Shown piece by piece: positions 1 through 9,964 of a stretch of DNA of 27,832 bases (position 1 is the stretch's first letter; each line of letters starts with the position of its first letter). Under the pieces are notes generated by a model. It made no database searches, was not told the origin of the DNA, and saw only the letters and a list, made by a program, of their open reading frames with translations. Location of the stretch: assembly GCA_036170655.1 (NCBI GenBank), contig JAVHPP010000163.1, positions 1 through 27,832 of the forward strand. Direction: 5' to 3'. Made by a program: the position numbers and the translations under genes. The DNA is from Candidatus Zixiibacteriota bacterium. GTDB taxonomy: Bacteria > Zixibacteria > MSB-5A5 > WJJR01.

Positions 1-694
1 TCATCCGGTAGTTGAAGCCGATGGCATCGTGATGGTATTTCTGGAGTGAGCCGTGATCACGGAGCAGGCGCATCTGCTCCGCCATGCCATCATCATTGGT
101 CGTCACTGCGCCACCCTCACCGTATGCCCCCAGGTTCTTCCCAGGATAAAATGAGAAACAACCCGCCCGCCCCCAAGAGCCTGCGGCACGCCCCTTGTAG
201 GTCGCCCCATGCGCCTGACAGGCATCCTCGATCACAGTCAGACCGGCCTCCTGCGCGATGGCGTTAATCTCCGCCATGGGCGCCGGACGGCCATAGAGAT
301 GCACGGGGATGATGGCTTTGGTCTTTGATGTAATCGCGGAACGGATCAGCCGCGGGTCGATGTTGTATGTATTCGGATCAACATCGACCAGCACTGGCTC
401 GGCTCCGCAGTAGGAGATCGCTTCACAGGTTGCAATGAACGTGTTGGCCGCCGTGATCACTTCATCTCCGGGCCGGATTCCCGCTGCAATCAGCGCCAGA
501 TGGAGAGCCGACGTTCCCGTATCGACCGCCACGCAGTGCTTAACGCCACAGAACTGCGCGAAGCTCTCTTCAAACCCTCGCACATGCGAACCCAGCACAA
601 ACTGACAGTCAGAGAGTACGGCAGCAATGGCTGCGTCGATCTCCGATTTGATCGTTGTGTACTGCGCCTTGAGATCAAGAAACGGGACGTTCAC
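1..694 (-). CDS. DegT/DnrJ/EryC1/StrS-family PLP-dependent sugar aminotransferase (3' end runs off the window)
   Basis: Not in the ORF track; translated by hand from GTG at 694: VNVPFLDLKAQY...GTSALHLAL...GDEVITAANTFIAT...IIPVHLYG...VIEDACQAHGA...FSFYPGKNLGAYGEGGAVTT...GFNYRM. These are hallmark DegT motifs including the PLP lysine in SFYPGKN. AGGGAA RBS upstream. Frame is open to position 1. Confidence 0.93.
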   Translation of the reverse strand, partial: MNVPFLDLKAQYTTIKSEIDAAIAAVLSDCQFVLGSHVRGFEESFAQFCGVKHCVAVDTGTSALHLALIAAGIRPGDEVITAANTFIATCEAISYCGAEPVLVDVDPNTYNIDPRLIRSAITSKTKAIIPVHLYGRPAPMAEINAIAQEAGLTVIEDACQAHGATYKGRAAGSWGRAGCFSFYPGKNLGAYGEGGAVTTNDDGMAEQMRLLRDHGSLQKYHHDAIGFNYRM

Positions 695-708
695 GGATAC
701 TGTTTCCC

Positions 709-2121
709 TTATCGATGAGAGGTTGCACCGGCATCGCGTGCGGGAACGGACCCGCGCGAGCGGGCGCTCGTTCGTCCGCTTGCGACCGATGGCGCGGCTG
801 TCTCTGGCACGGACGCGGTGTACCGGTAGACAAGACGTCCTTCCACAAGAGTGAAATACACCAAGCCGTGCAGCGTCCAGCCGATGTAGGGTGAATTTTT
901 TGACTTCGAGATCAACGTCGGCACGGACACGGTCCATGCCGCTTGAGGATCAAAGCAGACCACGTCGGCGGGCGCACCCGGAGCGAGACGGCCGGCATTG
1001 AGCCGGAACACATTGGCCGCGCGGCGCGTCAGGCAGTCAATGAGGGTCGGCCAGTCAAGAAGACCGGTCCCGATCAGCGCTTTCTGGCAGACGCCTAACG
1101 CCGTCTCGAGTCCGATCATTCCGAAGGGCGCCAGATCGAATTCGCCGTCCTTCTCTTGCTCTGCGTGGGGCGCATGGTCGGTGGCAATGCAATCTATCGT
1201 ACCGTCAATCAGTCCCTGGCGCAGGGCATCAACATCTCGTTGCGCACGAAGTGGTGGGTTCACCTTGAGGAACGGGTCAAAATCGCGGGCGATCAGGTCA
1301 TCCGTCAAGATGAGATGATGCGGGGTCACTTCAGCCGTCACCGGCACGCCGCCCGCTTTGGCGGAACGGACAATCTCGACCGAACCGGCCGTCGACACAT
1401 GAGCGATATGGATGCGGCATCCTGTCGCGCGCGCCAGAGCGATGTCTCGGGCCACGCAGATTTCCTCCGATATCGCCGGAATCCCCCGGAGACCGAGCTT
1501 GACCGATATGAATCCTTCATGCATGACACCATTGCGCGACAGATCAGGCGTCTCGCAGTGGGAGACGAGGGTAACATCGAACATGCGCGCGTACTCCATC
1601 GCGCGCCGGAGCAGGCCGGCGTTTGCCACCGGTGAGCCATCATCGGAGAATGCTACGGCGCCGGCGGCGACCATCTCGGCGATCTCGGCCAGCGCCTCTC
1701 CCCGGCGATCCTTCGTGATCGCCCCGATCGGATGCACCCGTCCGGCGGCGGAACGGGCGCGGTCCACGACAAAACGAACCGTCTCCTGATCGGCAATGGC
1801 GGGCTCCGTGTTCGGCATGCAGCAAAGCGTAGTAAAGCCGCCCTTCACGCCTGCGGCAGAACCAGTCTCCACCGTCTCCTCGTCTTCACGTCCGGGTTCG
1901 CGCAGGTGTGTGTGGAGGTCGACAAAACCAGGCGCAACAATCAAGCCCTCTGCATTGAGCGTGTCCTCGGGCGGGAGACCAGCTCCCGCGCCGCGGTGGA
2001 TTGAGTCAATCCGCCCATCGGCAATGAGGACATCCGCAATTTCATCAAGACCCACCGCAGGATCGATCACGCGCCCACCCACAATCGCCCGTATGCGCGG
2101 CCACACCAGACTGCCGGTCAT
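709..2121 (-). CDS. pyrC: Dihydroorotase, multifunctional-complex type
   Basis: PGFVDLHTHLREPG, GGFTT...MPNT, KVNPPLR, ATDHAPH and SKSKNSPY motifs; directly follows pyrB with a 4-bp ATGA overlap. Confidence 0.95.
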   Translation of the reverse strand: MTGSLVWPRIRAIVGGRVIDPAVGLDEIADVLIADGRIDSIHRGAGAGLPPEDTLNAEGLIVAPGFVDLHTHLREPGREDEETVETGSAAGVKGGFTTLCCMPNTEPAIADQETVRFVVDRARSAAGRVHPIGAITKDRRGEALAEIAEMVAAGAVAFSDDGSPVANAGLLRRAMEYARMFDVTLVSHCETPDLSRNGVMHEGFISVKLGLRGIPAISEEICVARDIALARATGCRIHIAHVSTAGSVEIVRSAKAGGVPVTAEVTPHHLILTDDLIARDFDPFLKVNPPLRAQRDVDALRQGLIDGTIDCIATDHAPHAEQEKDGEFDLAPFGMIGLETALGVCQKALIGTGLLDWPTLIDCLTRRAANVFRLNAGRLAPGAPADVVCFDPQAAWTVSVPTLISKSKNSPYIGWTLHGLVYFTLVEGRLVYRYTASVPETAAPSVASGRTSARSRGSVPARDAGATSHR

Positions 2122-3200
2122 TCACCCTCCCGCGTTGAGGGGGCCCGACCGCCGCAGAGCAGAAAGAGAACGGCCATGCGGACCGCGAGACCGTTCGTCA
2201 CCTGATCGAGAATGACCGATGAGGGACCGTCGGCGACTTCGGAGGTGATCTCCACTCCCCGGTTCATCGGCCCCGGATGCATAATGAGTCCGCCCGGACG
2301 CAGACGTGATGCCCGGCCGGCATCGATTCCGAAGAGACGCGAGTACTCACGCAGCGAGGGAAGAAAATCGGAACTCTGTCGTTCGCGCTGGATGCGCAGC
2401 ACATTGACGGCATCGACTCCCTGTTCGAGCGCCCGGTCGATGTCAGTATAGACTTCGACCCCGATGTCCGCGAACGCCATGGGCACGAGCGTGGCCGGCC
2501 CGCAAATCGCCACCTTGGCTCCCATCGTCAACAACCCCCAGATATTGGAACGCGCCACTCGCGAATGCGCGATGTCGCCAACGATGAGAATTCGCCTGTC
2601 CGCCAGATCGCGCCACCGTTCCCAGATCGTGTAGATGTCAAGCAGCCCCTGTGTCGGATGCTCATGGGCCCCGTCGCCCGCGTTGAGAATGATCGCATCT
2701 GTGGTGCGCGTCAAAAAGTGCGGCGCCCCCGGACAGGGATGGCGAATAACGACGACGTCCGTCTTCATCGCCAGGATGTTCTTCACCGTATCCCGCAACG
2801 ATTCCCCTTTTTGAACGGAGGACGTCGAAGCGGTGAAGTTGACAACATCCGCCGACAGACGTTTCTCGGCCAGTTCAAAGGAGATGCGCGTGCGCGTCGA
2901 CGGCTCGTAGAAGAGGTTGACAATCGTCTGACCGCGCAACGGCGGCACCTTCTTGATAGGGCGGTCGAGCACTTCCTTGAAGGATTCGGCCGTCGTCAGG
3001 ATGCGCTCGATGTCCTCCCGGCAAACACCTTCCAATCCCAGGAGATGACGCATGCGCAGACGACCGCCGACCGGCGCCCCCTCCAACGGGACGGGAGAAG
3101 ACCGCTCTGCCACAGGCCGTTTCTTCGAATCTTCAGGTGCGCGCGCAGACCGGTCGGTGGTTTTCACTTTGCTCATCGCCTTCATCCAGACCGCGGACAA
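2118..3200 (-). CDS. pyrB: Aspartate carbamoyltransferase catalytic subunit
   Basis: FYEPSTRTRISFE, NAGDGAHEHPTQGLLD, GDIAHSRVARSN, LRIQRER and MHPGPMNRGVEI motifs. True start may be downstream (e.g. ATG at 3182 or 3176). Confidence 0.96.
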   Translation of the reverse strand: MSAVWMKAMSKVKTTDRSARAPEDSKKRPVAERSSPVPLEGAPVGGRLRMRHLLGLEGVCREDIERILTTAESFKEVLDRPIKKVPPLRGQTIVNLFYEPSTRTRISFELAEKRLSADVVNFTASTSSVQKGESLRDTVKNILAMKTDVVVIRHPCPGAPHFLTRTTDAIILNAGDGAHEHPTQGLLDIYTIWERWRDLADRRILIVGDIAHSRVARSNIWGLLTMGAKVAICGPATLVPMAFADIGVEVYTDIDRALEQGVDAVNVLRIQRERQSSDFLPSLREYSRLFGIDAGRASRLRPGGLIMHPGPMNRGVEITSEVADGPSSVILDQVTNGLAVRMAVLFLLCGGRAPSTREGE

Positions 3201-3221
3201 AACTCATCGGTGATCGGTCCG

Positions 3222-3830
<609 letters not shown>

Positions 3831-3929
3831 TCACTCCCCTCGCTGGCCGAAGCCCGCGAGATGGACAGGGGCAAGATGGGGCAGGGTTTCCACGAAGCAC
3901 AGCAGATGGGAGACATCGTTTCGTCAGTT

Positions 3930-3962
3930 CCTTTTTCGACTTCACGGCGTCGAATTAAAAGG
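3930..3962 (-). promoter_or_regulatory. PyrR-binding RNA stem-loop (divergent variant) in the pyrR leader
   Basis: Minus strand reads CCUUUUAA-UUCGAC-GCCGUGAA-GUCGAA-AAAGG. It has the CUUUAA lower-stem/internal-loop segment, a perfect 6-bp upper stem, a CCGUGA loop and an AAGG closing segment, matching PyrR binding-loop architecture. It lies about 105 nt upstream of the pyrR start. Confidence 0.75.
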
Positions 3963-3969
3963 CCGATTA

Positions 3970-3975
3970 AGTATA
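3970..3975 (-). promoter_or_regulatory. Putative sigma70 -10 element (TATACT) for the pyr operon
   Basis: TATACT lies about 8 nt upstream of the PyrR hairpin in an AT-rich patch; no well-spaced -35 found. Confidence 0.4.
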
Positions 3976-4046
3976 ACTCTCCGCCTGCGTTCAAATCTAC
4001 ACTTTTCAGCGCCAATAGCATCCTCGCAATCCGGGCGTATCGCAGC

Positions 4047-5534
4047 TCAAGCGAAGCCGATAGTTCTCAGGGCAGGAACGAACCCTTCTTCGTCGCGCCA
4101 GTGTCCGTCAAGTATCAGACGGCCTTCTCGCATGACCCACGCACGCGACGTCACCTGGGCGAGCCAATCCAGATCGTGAGAGATGATCAGGTAGGTTGCA
4201 CCCTCGCTATGCCATAGCGTCAGCAGCGCTTCAAGCCCGGCGAGACCATCGGCATCCAAACCGGCGGTCGGCTCATCGAGAATGTAAAGGGGCGCCGGGC
4301 AGGCGGCAACACCCGCCATCGCCACACGACGCTGCTCGCCCCCCGACAACTCGAATGGCGACCGGCCCATGAACTCCGCAGGGTCCAGACCAAGACGGGA
4401 TAGCTGGGAAGCGGCGAGGTCCCACGCTTCTGCTCGTGCTACGCCACGGTGTGCCGGTCCGAAGGCCACGTCCTCCGCCACGGTGGAGCAAAATAACTGC
4501 CGCTCCGGGAACTGGATGAGCACGACGGGCAGCATACCATCTCCGGTCCCGGCCGGATGGATCAACGCCCCGGCATGACGTTCCATCAATCCGGCCAGGT
4601 GATAGGCAAGGGTCGTCTTCCCCGACCCGATTGGCCCACAGAGACCAATTGCATCTCCGGCGTGAATTACGACATTGATATCCGTCAGCGGATGTGGTGG
4701 CAAGGGCCAGTCAGCCAAGGCAACTTGGGACAAACCCGAAGTTTTCAGAATAACCTTCGCATCATCGTCACGCCGACGCAAGGGAGTGCGGCCCCTGTGC
4801 GGCGCACCGGCCGGGTGCTTCCAGCCGGAACTGGGTCCATCGTAGACGATTCGCCCGCCCTCCATTTCGACAACCCTCGGGAAGCGGCGCGCCTCGTCTT
4901 CGTATTGCGTGATCAGGATGACGCCCGGACGGTACGAGTCGGAACTCGTGTCTCCCGTGCCCTGGCGCTCGACGGAGGCAATAAGCTCTCTTCGCCCCGG
5001 GGGATCGAGATGCGAGGTCGGTTCGTCTAAGATGATCAATTCACGTTGCGAGGCGAATGCGGACGCAACAGCCAACTTCTGCTTTTCACCGCCAGACAGA
5101 TTCTTAACCGGCCGGTCAGACAATTCACGCAGCCCGAATTGGTCCAGTATCTGCGCCACTTTGTCGCTGGAGGAATCCTCGGGGTCGGCATGCTCCGCAG
5201 CAAGAGCGATTTCATCCCAGACTGTCTCACCGATCAAATTATCTTCGGGCTGCTGAAACACCAGGGCAACCGAGCCAATTCGGGATGGCCGGCCAGATCG
5301 ATCCTGTGAAACGGCTGCCCGGGAACCGGTGTCGTCCAGAATGATCTCACCCGTCGATGGTTCATCAAAACCGGCGAGGCATCGCGCGAGAGTGGATTTT
5401 CCCGACCCATTCTTACCCAGCAGCGACAGCCGTTCTCCCCTGCGGACAGTCAGGGTGACATCATTCAAGGCGGGGACGGCGTGTAGGTCTCGTCCCCGAT
5501 AATGGAAGGACACGTTTCTTAGCAGCCAGCGCAT
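4047..5534 (-). CDS. ABC ATPase with two fused nucleotide-binding domains, energy-coupling-factor (EcfA-A'/CbiO) type
   Basis: Two Walker A motifs (GKNGSGKST, GPIGSGKTT), two LSGGE signatures and two LDEPT Walker B motifs. ECF-typical VFQQPEDNL, QFPERQLFCSTVAEDVAFGP and SPFELSGGEQRRVA segments. Confidence 0.88.
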   Translation of the reverse strand: MRWLLRNVSFHYRGRDLHAVPALNDVTLTVRRGERLSLLGKNGSGKSTLARCLAGFDEPSTGEIILDDTGSRAAVSQDRSGRPSRIGSVALVFQQPEDNLIGETVWDEIALAAEHADPEDSSSDKVAQILDQFGLRELSDRPVKNLSGGEKQKLAVASAFASQRELIILDEPTSHLDPPGRRELIASVERQGTGDTSSDSYRPGVILITQYEDEARRFPRVVEMEGGRIVYDGPSSGWKHPAGAPHRGRTPLRRRDDDAKVILKTSGLSQVALADWPLPPHPLTDINVVIHAGDAIGLCGPIGSGKTTLAYHLAGLMERHAGALIHPAGTGDGMLPVVLIQFPERQLFCSTVAEDVAFGPAHRGVARAEAWDLAASQLSRLGLDPAEFMGRSPFELSGGEQRRVAMAGVAACPAPLYILDEPTAGLDADGLAGLEALLTLWHSEGATYLIISHDLDWLAQVTSRAWVMREGRLILDGHWRDEEGFVPALRTIGFA

Positions 5535-5570
5535 AGACAGAGCAAAGCAGCAGCGTCGTCATCCGAGAAC

Positions 5571-5596
5571 AAAAAAAGACCGGCCCGCGGCCGGCC
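5571..5596 (-). terminator. Rho-independent terminator after gcvPB
   Basis: Minus strand GGCCGGCC-GCG-GGCCGGTC-TTTTTTT, about 27 nt after the gcvPB stop. Confidence 0.8.
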
Positions 5597-5623
5597 AAAA
5601 CCTGAATTTTCACCTCGGCACAA

Positions 5624-7081
5624 CTACCCGACATCCAGATTCCGCGCCGCACGCGCCTCATCGACCTTGCGGATCGGCGTCGTGTGGGGAGCAGCGTTGA
5701 CCAGACCGGGATTCGTCTCCACCTCATGCGCGATCTGTAGCAAGACATCCGCGTAGGCGTCGAGCCGCTCCTTGCTCTCAGTCTCCGTGGGTTCAATCAT
5801 CAACGCCTCATGGACGATCAGCGGAAAGTACACCGTCGGCGGATGGACACCGAAATCGAGGATCCTCTTGGCAATCTGTCCCGCCCGCACTCCCTGCTTC
5901 TTTTGCCGGTCGGCCGAAGCGACGAATTCGTGCATGCACGGTCCTGCGTAGGGTATGTCGTATGCGTCTCTGATCCGGGCCTTCAGGTAATTGGCATTCA
6001 GAATCGCATCCATAGCCACCTGCTTCAGACCGAGGGCACCGAGTGAACGGATATAAGTGTAGGCACGGACCAGCACGCCGAAGTTCCCGTAGAAGGGATG
6101 GACTGATCCAACCGACAGCGGGTCCGGCGCACGGCGCGAGAAGACGGGAGCATCATCGTCTCCGGTACGCACAATGGCTGCTCCCGGCAGAAAGGCGGTC
6201 AGGGCCTTCCGGGCGCCGACAGCGGCCGCTCCCGGCCCTCCTCCGCCATGCGGAGTGGAAAATGTCTTGTGCAAGTTCAGATGGAGGATGTCAAACCCCA
6301 TGTCGGCGGCCCGTGCCAGCCCCAGAAGAGCGTTAGTGTTGGCGCCGTCGTTGTAGACCAGCCCCCCCTTGGCGTGAACCATCGCGGCAATTCGGGCAAT
6401 GTCCCTCTCGAACAAACCCAGTGTGTTGGGGTTGGTCAGCATGATACAGGCGACAGATTCGTCCAAGACAGCCGCCAGAGCCTCGAGATCCACCAGCCCA
6501 TCGGCATTGGACTTGATGGTCACCGGCTCGAAGCCCACCAACGCGCCAGACGCCGGATTGGTTCCATGGGAGGAGTCGGGAATGATGACACGGTGGCGGT
6601 TTTCTCCGCGCTGGCGATGATACGCGCGCGCAATCAGCAACCCGACCATCTCACCCTGCGCCCCGGCGGATGGTTGCAAACGGACTTCATCCATACCCGT
6701 GATGTCGGCCAGATCGCGGGCCAGCTCCCACATCAGCCGCAGTGCCCCCTGACAGTCACTGTCGGGAGTCTCCGGATGCAGACGCGCAAAACCGGGCAGA
6801 GTGACCGCGCGCTCGTTGATCTTGGGGTTGTACTTCATCGTGCATGACCCCAAAGGGTACGTGTCTTGATCGATGTGGTGGTTCATTGTCGATAGGCGGG
6901 TGTAATGCCGTACGAGTTCCGGTTCAGAAACCTCCGGCCACTCCAGCGGTGATTCACGGATGAATTCCTGTGGAATCAGAGAGACCGGGTCCTCTACGGC
7001 CACCCCGGAAGGCGGCGGCATCACGCCGACTGTACCGGGATGCGAAAGTTCAAAAATGGTCGTGCCCAGCTTAGGTGCCAT
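5624..7081 (-). CDS. gcvPB: Glycine dehydrogenase (decarboxylating) subunit 2
   Basis: YPLGSCTMKYNPK, LQPSAGAQGE, HGTNPAS, MLTNPNTLGLFE, HLNLHKTFSTPHGGGGPG (PLP Lys) and HPPTVYFPLIVHEALMIEPTETES motifs. Confidence 0.97.
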   Translation of the reverse strand: MAPKLGTTIFELSHPGTVGVMPPPSGVAVEDPVSLIPQEFIRESPLEWPEVSEPELVRHYTRLSTMNHHIDQDTYPLGSCTMKYNPKINERAVTLPGFARLHPETPDSDCQGALRLMWELARDLADITGMDEVRLQPSAGAQGEMVGLLIARAYHRQRGENRHRVIIPDSSHGTNPASGALVGFEPVTIKSNADGLVDLEALAAVLDESVACIMLTNPNTLGLFERDIARIAAMVHAKGGLVYNDGANTNALLGLARAADMGFDILHLNLHKTFSTPHGGGGPGAAAVGARKALTAFLPGAAIVRTGDDDAPVFSRRAPDPLSVGSVHPFYGNFGVLVRAYTYIRSLGALGLKQVAMDAILNANYLKARIRDAYDIPYAGPCMHEFVASADRQKKQGVRAGQIAKRILDFGVHPPTVYFPLIVHEALMIEPTETESKERLDAYADVLLQIAHEVETNPGLVNAAPHTTPIRKVDEARAARNLDVG

Positions 7082-7165
7082 GATCGTGTCTCTGCCCGAG
7101 TTTGTTCAGGATTGTCCCTTGACTCAAGCCGGGAAGCGGAAGCGTTTGCGACTCCCCCGGCCGCC

Positions 7166-8050
7166 TCAGGACGAACTGTCCCTTGGATTCTCCAATGTCT
7201 TGATCTGCTCTTTGACCCAATCCGCCTGCGATGAGGAAGGAAAGTCCTTTAGAAAGCCACGATACGCCTTCAGCGCCCCCTCTGTGTCTCCCGCCTTAGA
7301 CAACAGCCAGGGGATGTAGGTTTCCGCATCTTCCCTCAGTTCTGAGTCGGGATACTGCTTGATGAGCTTACGGAAAGTCTCTGCCGCCTTGTACCAACTC
7401 CTGTCCTTCCGGTGCAGGATCGCCAGATCGAAAAGAGCGTTGTCAGCCGCGCCGGAACCATTCTTGGGATCAAAGTTCAGGACCTGCGTGAAGTAGCCCC
7501 GCGCCTTTTCGAATTCGCCCTTGCCCACATACTTCTCTCCAACCGCGAGCAGCAGCTTGGTATCCTGTGATTTCTCCTTCAGCGATTTCTCCAGCGCCGC
7601 CAGCGTCCCGACCCCATCGAGGTAATCCTCAACAGTCTTTACGAACTGACCCGGTGGATTGTACCCCAGCAAACGGTCGATCTCGTGCCCCGACTTGTCC
7701 ATCACAATGACCGTCGGGTACCCGTTCACACCATAGCGGCCCGCAATCGCCGTGTCGATCTCCGCGTTGATCTTGGCAAACACGAATCGCCGCCCAAACG
7801 CAATGACGCGCGGGTCGGTGAAGGTCGATTCATCCTGAACCTTGCACCACTTGCACCAGTCTGTGTAGAAGTCGGACAACACATAGAGGTTCGAGTCCGT
7901 GGCAATCTTAACCGCTTCGTCCAAGCTGCTGTACCAGGTGATGGCCGTGTCCGGTGGCGTCTTGTTCGAGGAATCTCCGCCGCGAGCGTTCGTGGCGCAG
8001 ATCAGGGAATATGACACCAGAAGCAGGAGATGGATCGTTCGCGTCTTCAT
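7166..8050 (-). CDS. Exported thioredoxin-fold (WCKWC) protein with C-terminal TPR repeats
   Basis: N-terminal signal peptide (MKTRTIHLLLLVSYSLICATNARG); DFYTDWCKWCK active site and YGVNGYPT cis-Pro loop; C-terminal BamD/CpoB-like TPRs (KARGYFTQVLNFDP, AAETFRKLIKQYPDS, ALKAYRGFLKDFPSS). Confidence 0.88.
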   Translation of the reverse strand: MKTRTIHLLLLVSYSLICATNARGGDSSNKTPPDTAITWYSSLDEAVKIATDSNLYVLSDFYTDWCKWCKVQDESTFTDPRVIAFGRRFVFAKINAEIDTAIAGRYGVNGYPTVIVMDKSGHEIDRLLGYNPPGQFVKTVEDYLDGVGTLAALEKSLKEKSQDTKLLLAVGEKYVGKGEFEKARGYFTQVLNFDPKNGSGAADNALFDLAILHRKDRSWYKAAETFRKLIKQYPDSELREDAETYIPWLLSKAGDTEGALKAYRGFLKDFPSSSQADWVKEQIKTLENPRDSSS

Positions 8051-8066
8051 CGGGCTGTGGATATCA

Positions 8067-9461
8067 TTACCGTCGACCTACCACGTTCGAAGTTCTCTGA
8101 TCATGGGGCAGACCGTCCGCCATCGCATCACGCAGGCGATCCACATACAGATCAAGCATCTCGGGAGCGTGCTTCTCGGTGACACAGACAAGGAATCTCC
8201 GATCAAATCCAGGGATACGGCCTCCCAGTTCAACCCCCCCCAGAATGCCTTCGTGGCGCAGCTTGTCGAGGATCACGCGCGCACCGACCGGCGCTTCGAC
8301 CACAAACTCGTTGAAGAAGGGCGCTTCGATCGGCAGTGAGTATCCCTTGAGGCGCGCAATTCTCCCCGCGAGATAATGCGCCCGCTCCATACATGTCCGG
8401 GCCAGTCGTGTCATTCCCTGCTTCCCGAGAAGAGACATATAGATGGCCGCCCGTGTCGCCAGAAGCGCCTGGGCGGTGCAGATGTTGGAAGTGGCCTTCT
8501 CCCGTCTGATGTGCTGCTCCCGCGTTTGCAACGTCATCACGTAGGCAACCTGACCCATCGCATCCACCGTCCTGCCAATCAGACGTCCGGGGAGACGCCG
8601 AACAAACTCCTTCTTCGCGGCAAAGAGCCCGAGAAGAGGCCCACCAAACAGCGGCGGATTGCCCAGACATTGCCCTTCGCCAACGGCCAGATCAGCGCCA
8701 CATTCACCGGGTGGCTTCAACAGACCGAGGGATGTGGCATAGAACACGGCAACCAGCAACGCACCGCGCGCATGCGCAATGGACGCGCCCTGATCCCAAC
8801 GCTCCAACGAACCAAAGTAATTCGGCGAGGGCATGATGACAGCCGCCGTCTCATCGGTGACCAGAGACGCCAGCTTCGCAAAGTCTGTCCGCCCGTCACG
8901 GCCAGTGGCCGTGCTGATCTTGGCGTCCTGCGCCGTGAGATATGTCTCGACAACGCTTCGGTAACGCGGATTCAGCGTTCCCGCCAAAACCAGGCCTTTC
9001 CGCCCGGTATGAACCATCGCCAGCAACGCCGCTTCGGCTGTCGCGGAACCGCCATCATACACCGACGCTTGGGCTACATCCATCCCGGTAAGCCGGCGAA
9101 TCAGGGACTGGAATTCGTAGGTGGCCTGCAATGTCCCTTGCGCGACCTCCGGCTGGTAGGGCGTGTATGCTGTATAGAACTCAGAGCGCGACGACAGAGA
9201 ATCGACGGCAGCAGGGATGTGATGGTCGTAGATTCCGCCGCCAAGAAACGACATCACACTGGGAGGGACAGCGTTCTGAAAAGACAGCGATTCCAACAGG
9301 GCGTCGGTCTCCACTTGCGACTGACCCTGGCCCGGTAAGCGCAGAAGCTGCTTTTGTCTGACCTCCACGGGAATGGCCCGCAGAAGATCTTCGAAGCGCT
9401 GGACGCCGATGGTATCCAGCATTTCGCGACGGGATTGCTCCGTATGTGACGTGTATTCCAT
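8067..9461 (-). CDS. gcvPA: Glycine dehydrogenase (decarboxylating) subunit 1
   Basis: FLGGGIYDHHIP, EFYTAYTPYQPEVAQGTLQATYEFQS, LTGMDVAQASVYDG and TLQTREQHIRREKATSNICT motifs. Confidence 0.97.
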   Translation of the reverse strand: MEYTSHTEQSRREMLDTIGVQRFEDLLRAIPVEVRQKQLLRLPGQGQSQVETDALLESLSFQNAVPPSVMSFLGGGIYDHHIPAAVDSLSSRSEFYTAYTPYQPEVAQGTLQATYEFQSLIRRLTGMDVAQASVYDGGSATAEAALLAMVHTGRKGLVLAGTLNPRYRSVVETYLTAQDAKISTATGRDGRTDFAKLASLVTDETAAVIMPSPNYFGSLERWDQGASIAHARGALLVAVFYATSLGLLKPPGECGADLAVGEGQCLGNPPLFGGPLLGLFAAKKEFVRRLPGRLIGRTVDAMGQVAYVMTLQTREQHIRREKATSNICTAQALLATRAAIYMSLLGKQGMTRLARTCMERAHYLAGRIARLKGYSLPIEAPFFNEFVVEAPVGARVILDKLRHEGILGGVELGGRIPGFDRRFLVCVTEKHAPEMLDLYVDRLRDAMADGLPHDQRTSNVVGRR

Positions 9462-9495
9462 GGTTGATAACCTGCGCGAAGTTTACGTGCGGTGT

Positions 9496-9873
9496 TCAGG
9501 CGCCAATCATTTCGCCATATTCCGTGGCGCTAAGAAGACCGTCGATTTCCTTCGGGTTGCTCATCCGGATCTTGATCATCCATCCGGCCCCGTAACAGTC
9601 ACTGTTGACCAATACAGCATTTTCCGCCAGTTGGGTATTCACGGCCACCACTTCACCAGAGACGGGGGCATACAATTCCGCCACGGTCTTGACCGCCTCA
9701 ATGGTGCCAAATGGCGATCCCGCCGTCACTTTGGCGCCTTTGGCTGGAAGCTCCACAAACACAATGTCACCCAGTTCGTTCTGGGCAAAATCGGTGACGC
9801 CGACAGCCGCTTCCTGTCCCTCGACACCCAGCCACTCGTGGTCCTTCGTGTACTTCAGATTCTCCTTGATCAC
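9496..9873 (-). CDS. gcvH: Glycine cleavage system H protein
   Basis: LKYTKDHEW, GVTDFAQNELGDIVFVELP, lipoyl-lysine motif IEAVKTVAELYAPVSGEV and GWMIKI. Start placed at GTG 9873, which has a GGGAGGG RBS. Confidence 0.96.
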   Translation of the reverse strand: MIKENLKYTKDHEWLGVEGQEAAVGVTDFAQNELGDIVFVELPAKGAKVTAGSPFGTIEAVKTVAELYAPVSGEVVAVNTQLAENAVLVNSDCYGAGWMIKIRMSNPKEIDGLLSATEYGEMIGA

Positions 9874-9964
9874 AGTTCCCTCCCGTCGGTACACAAAATA
9901 CCGTCCGACACAGTCCGTTGCAAGTAAATGGCCGCAGACTTTGACATTTCAGTGATGAATGGGA

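Noticed and set aside
9874..9964. Glycine riboswitch upstream of gcvH
   Set aside because: The gap is only about 90 nt and lacks the GGAGA...CCGAAG...CUCUCAGG core.
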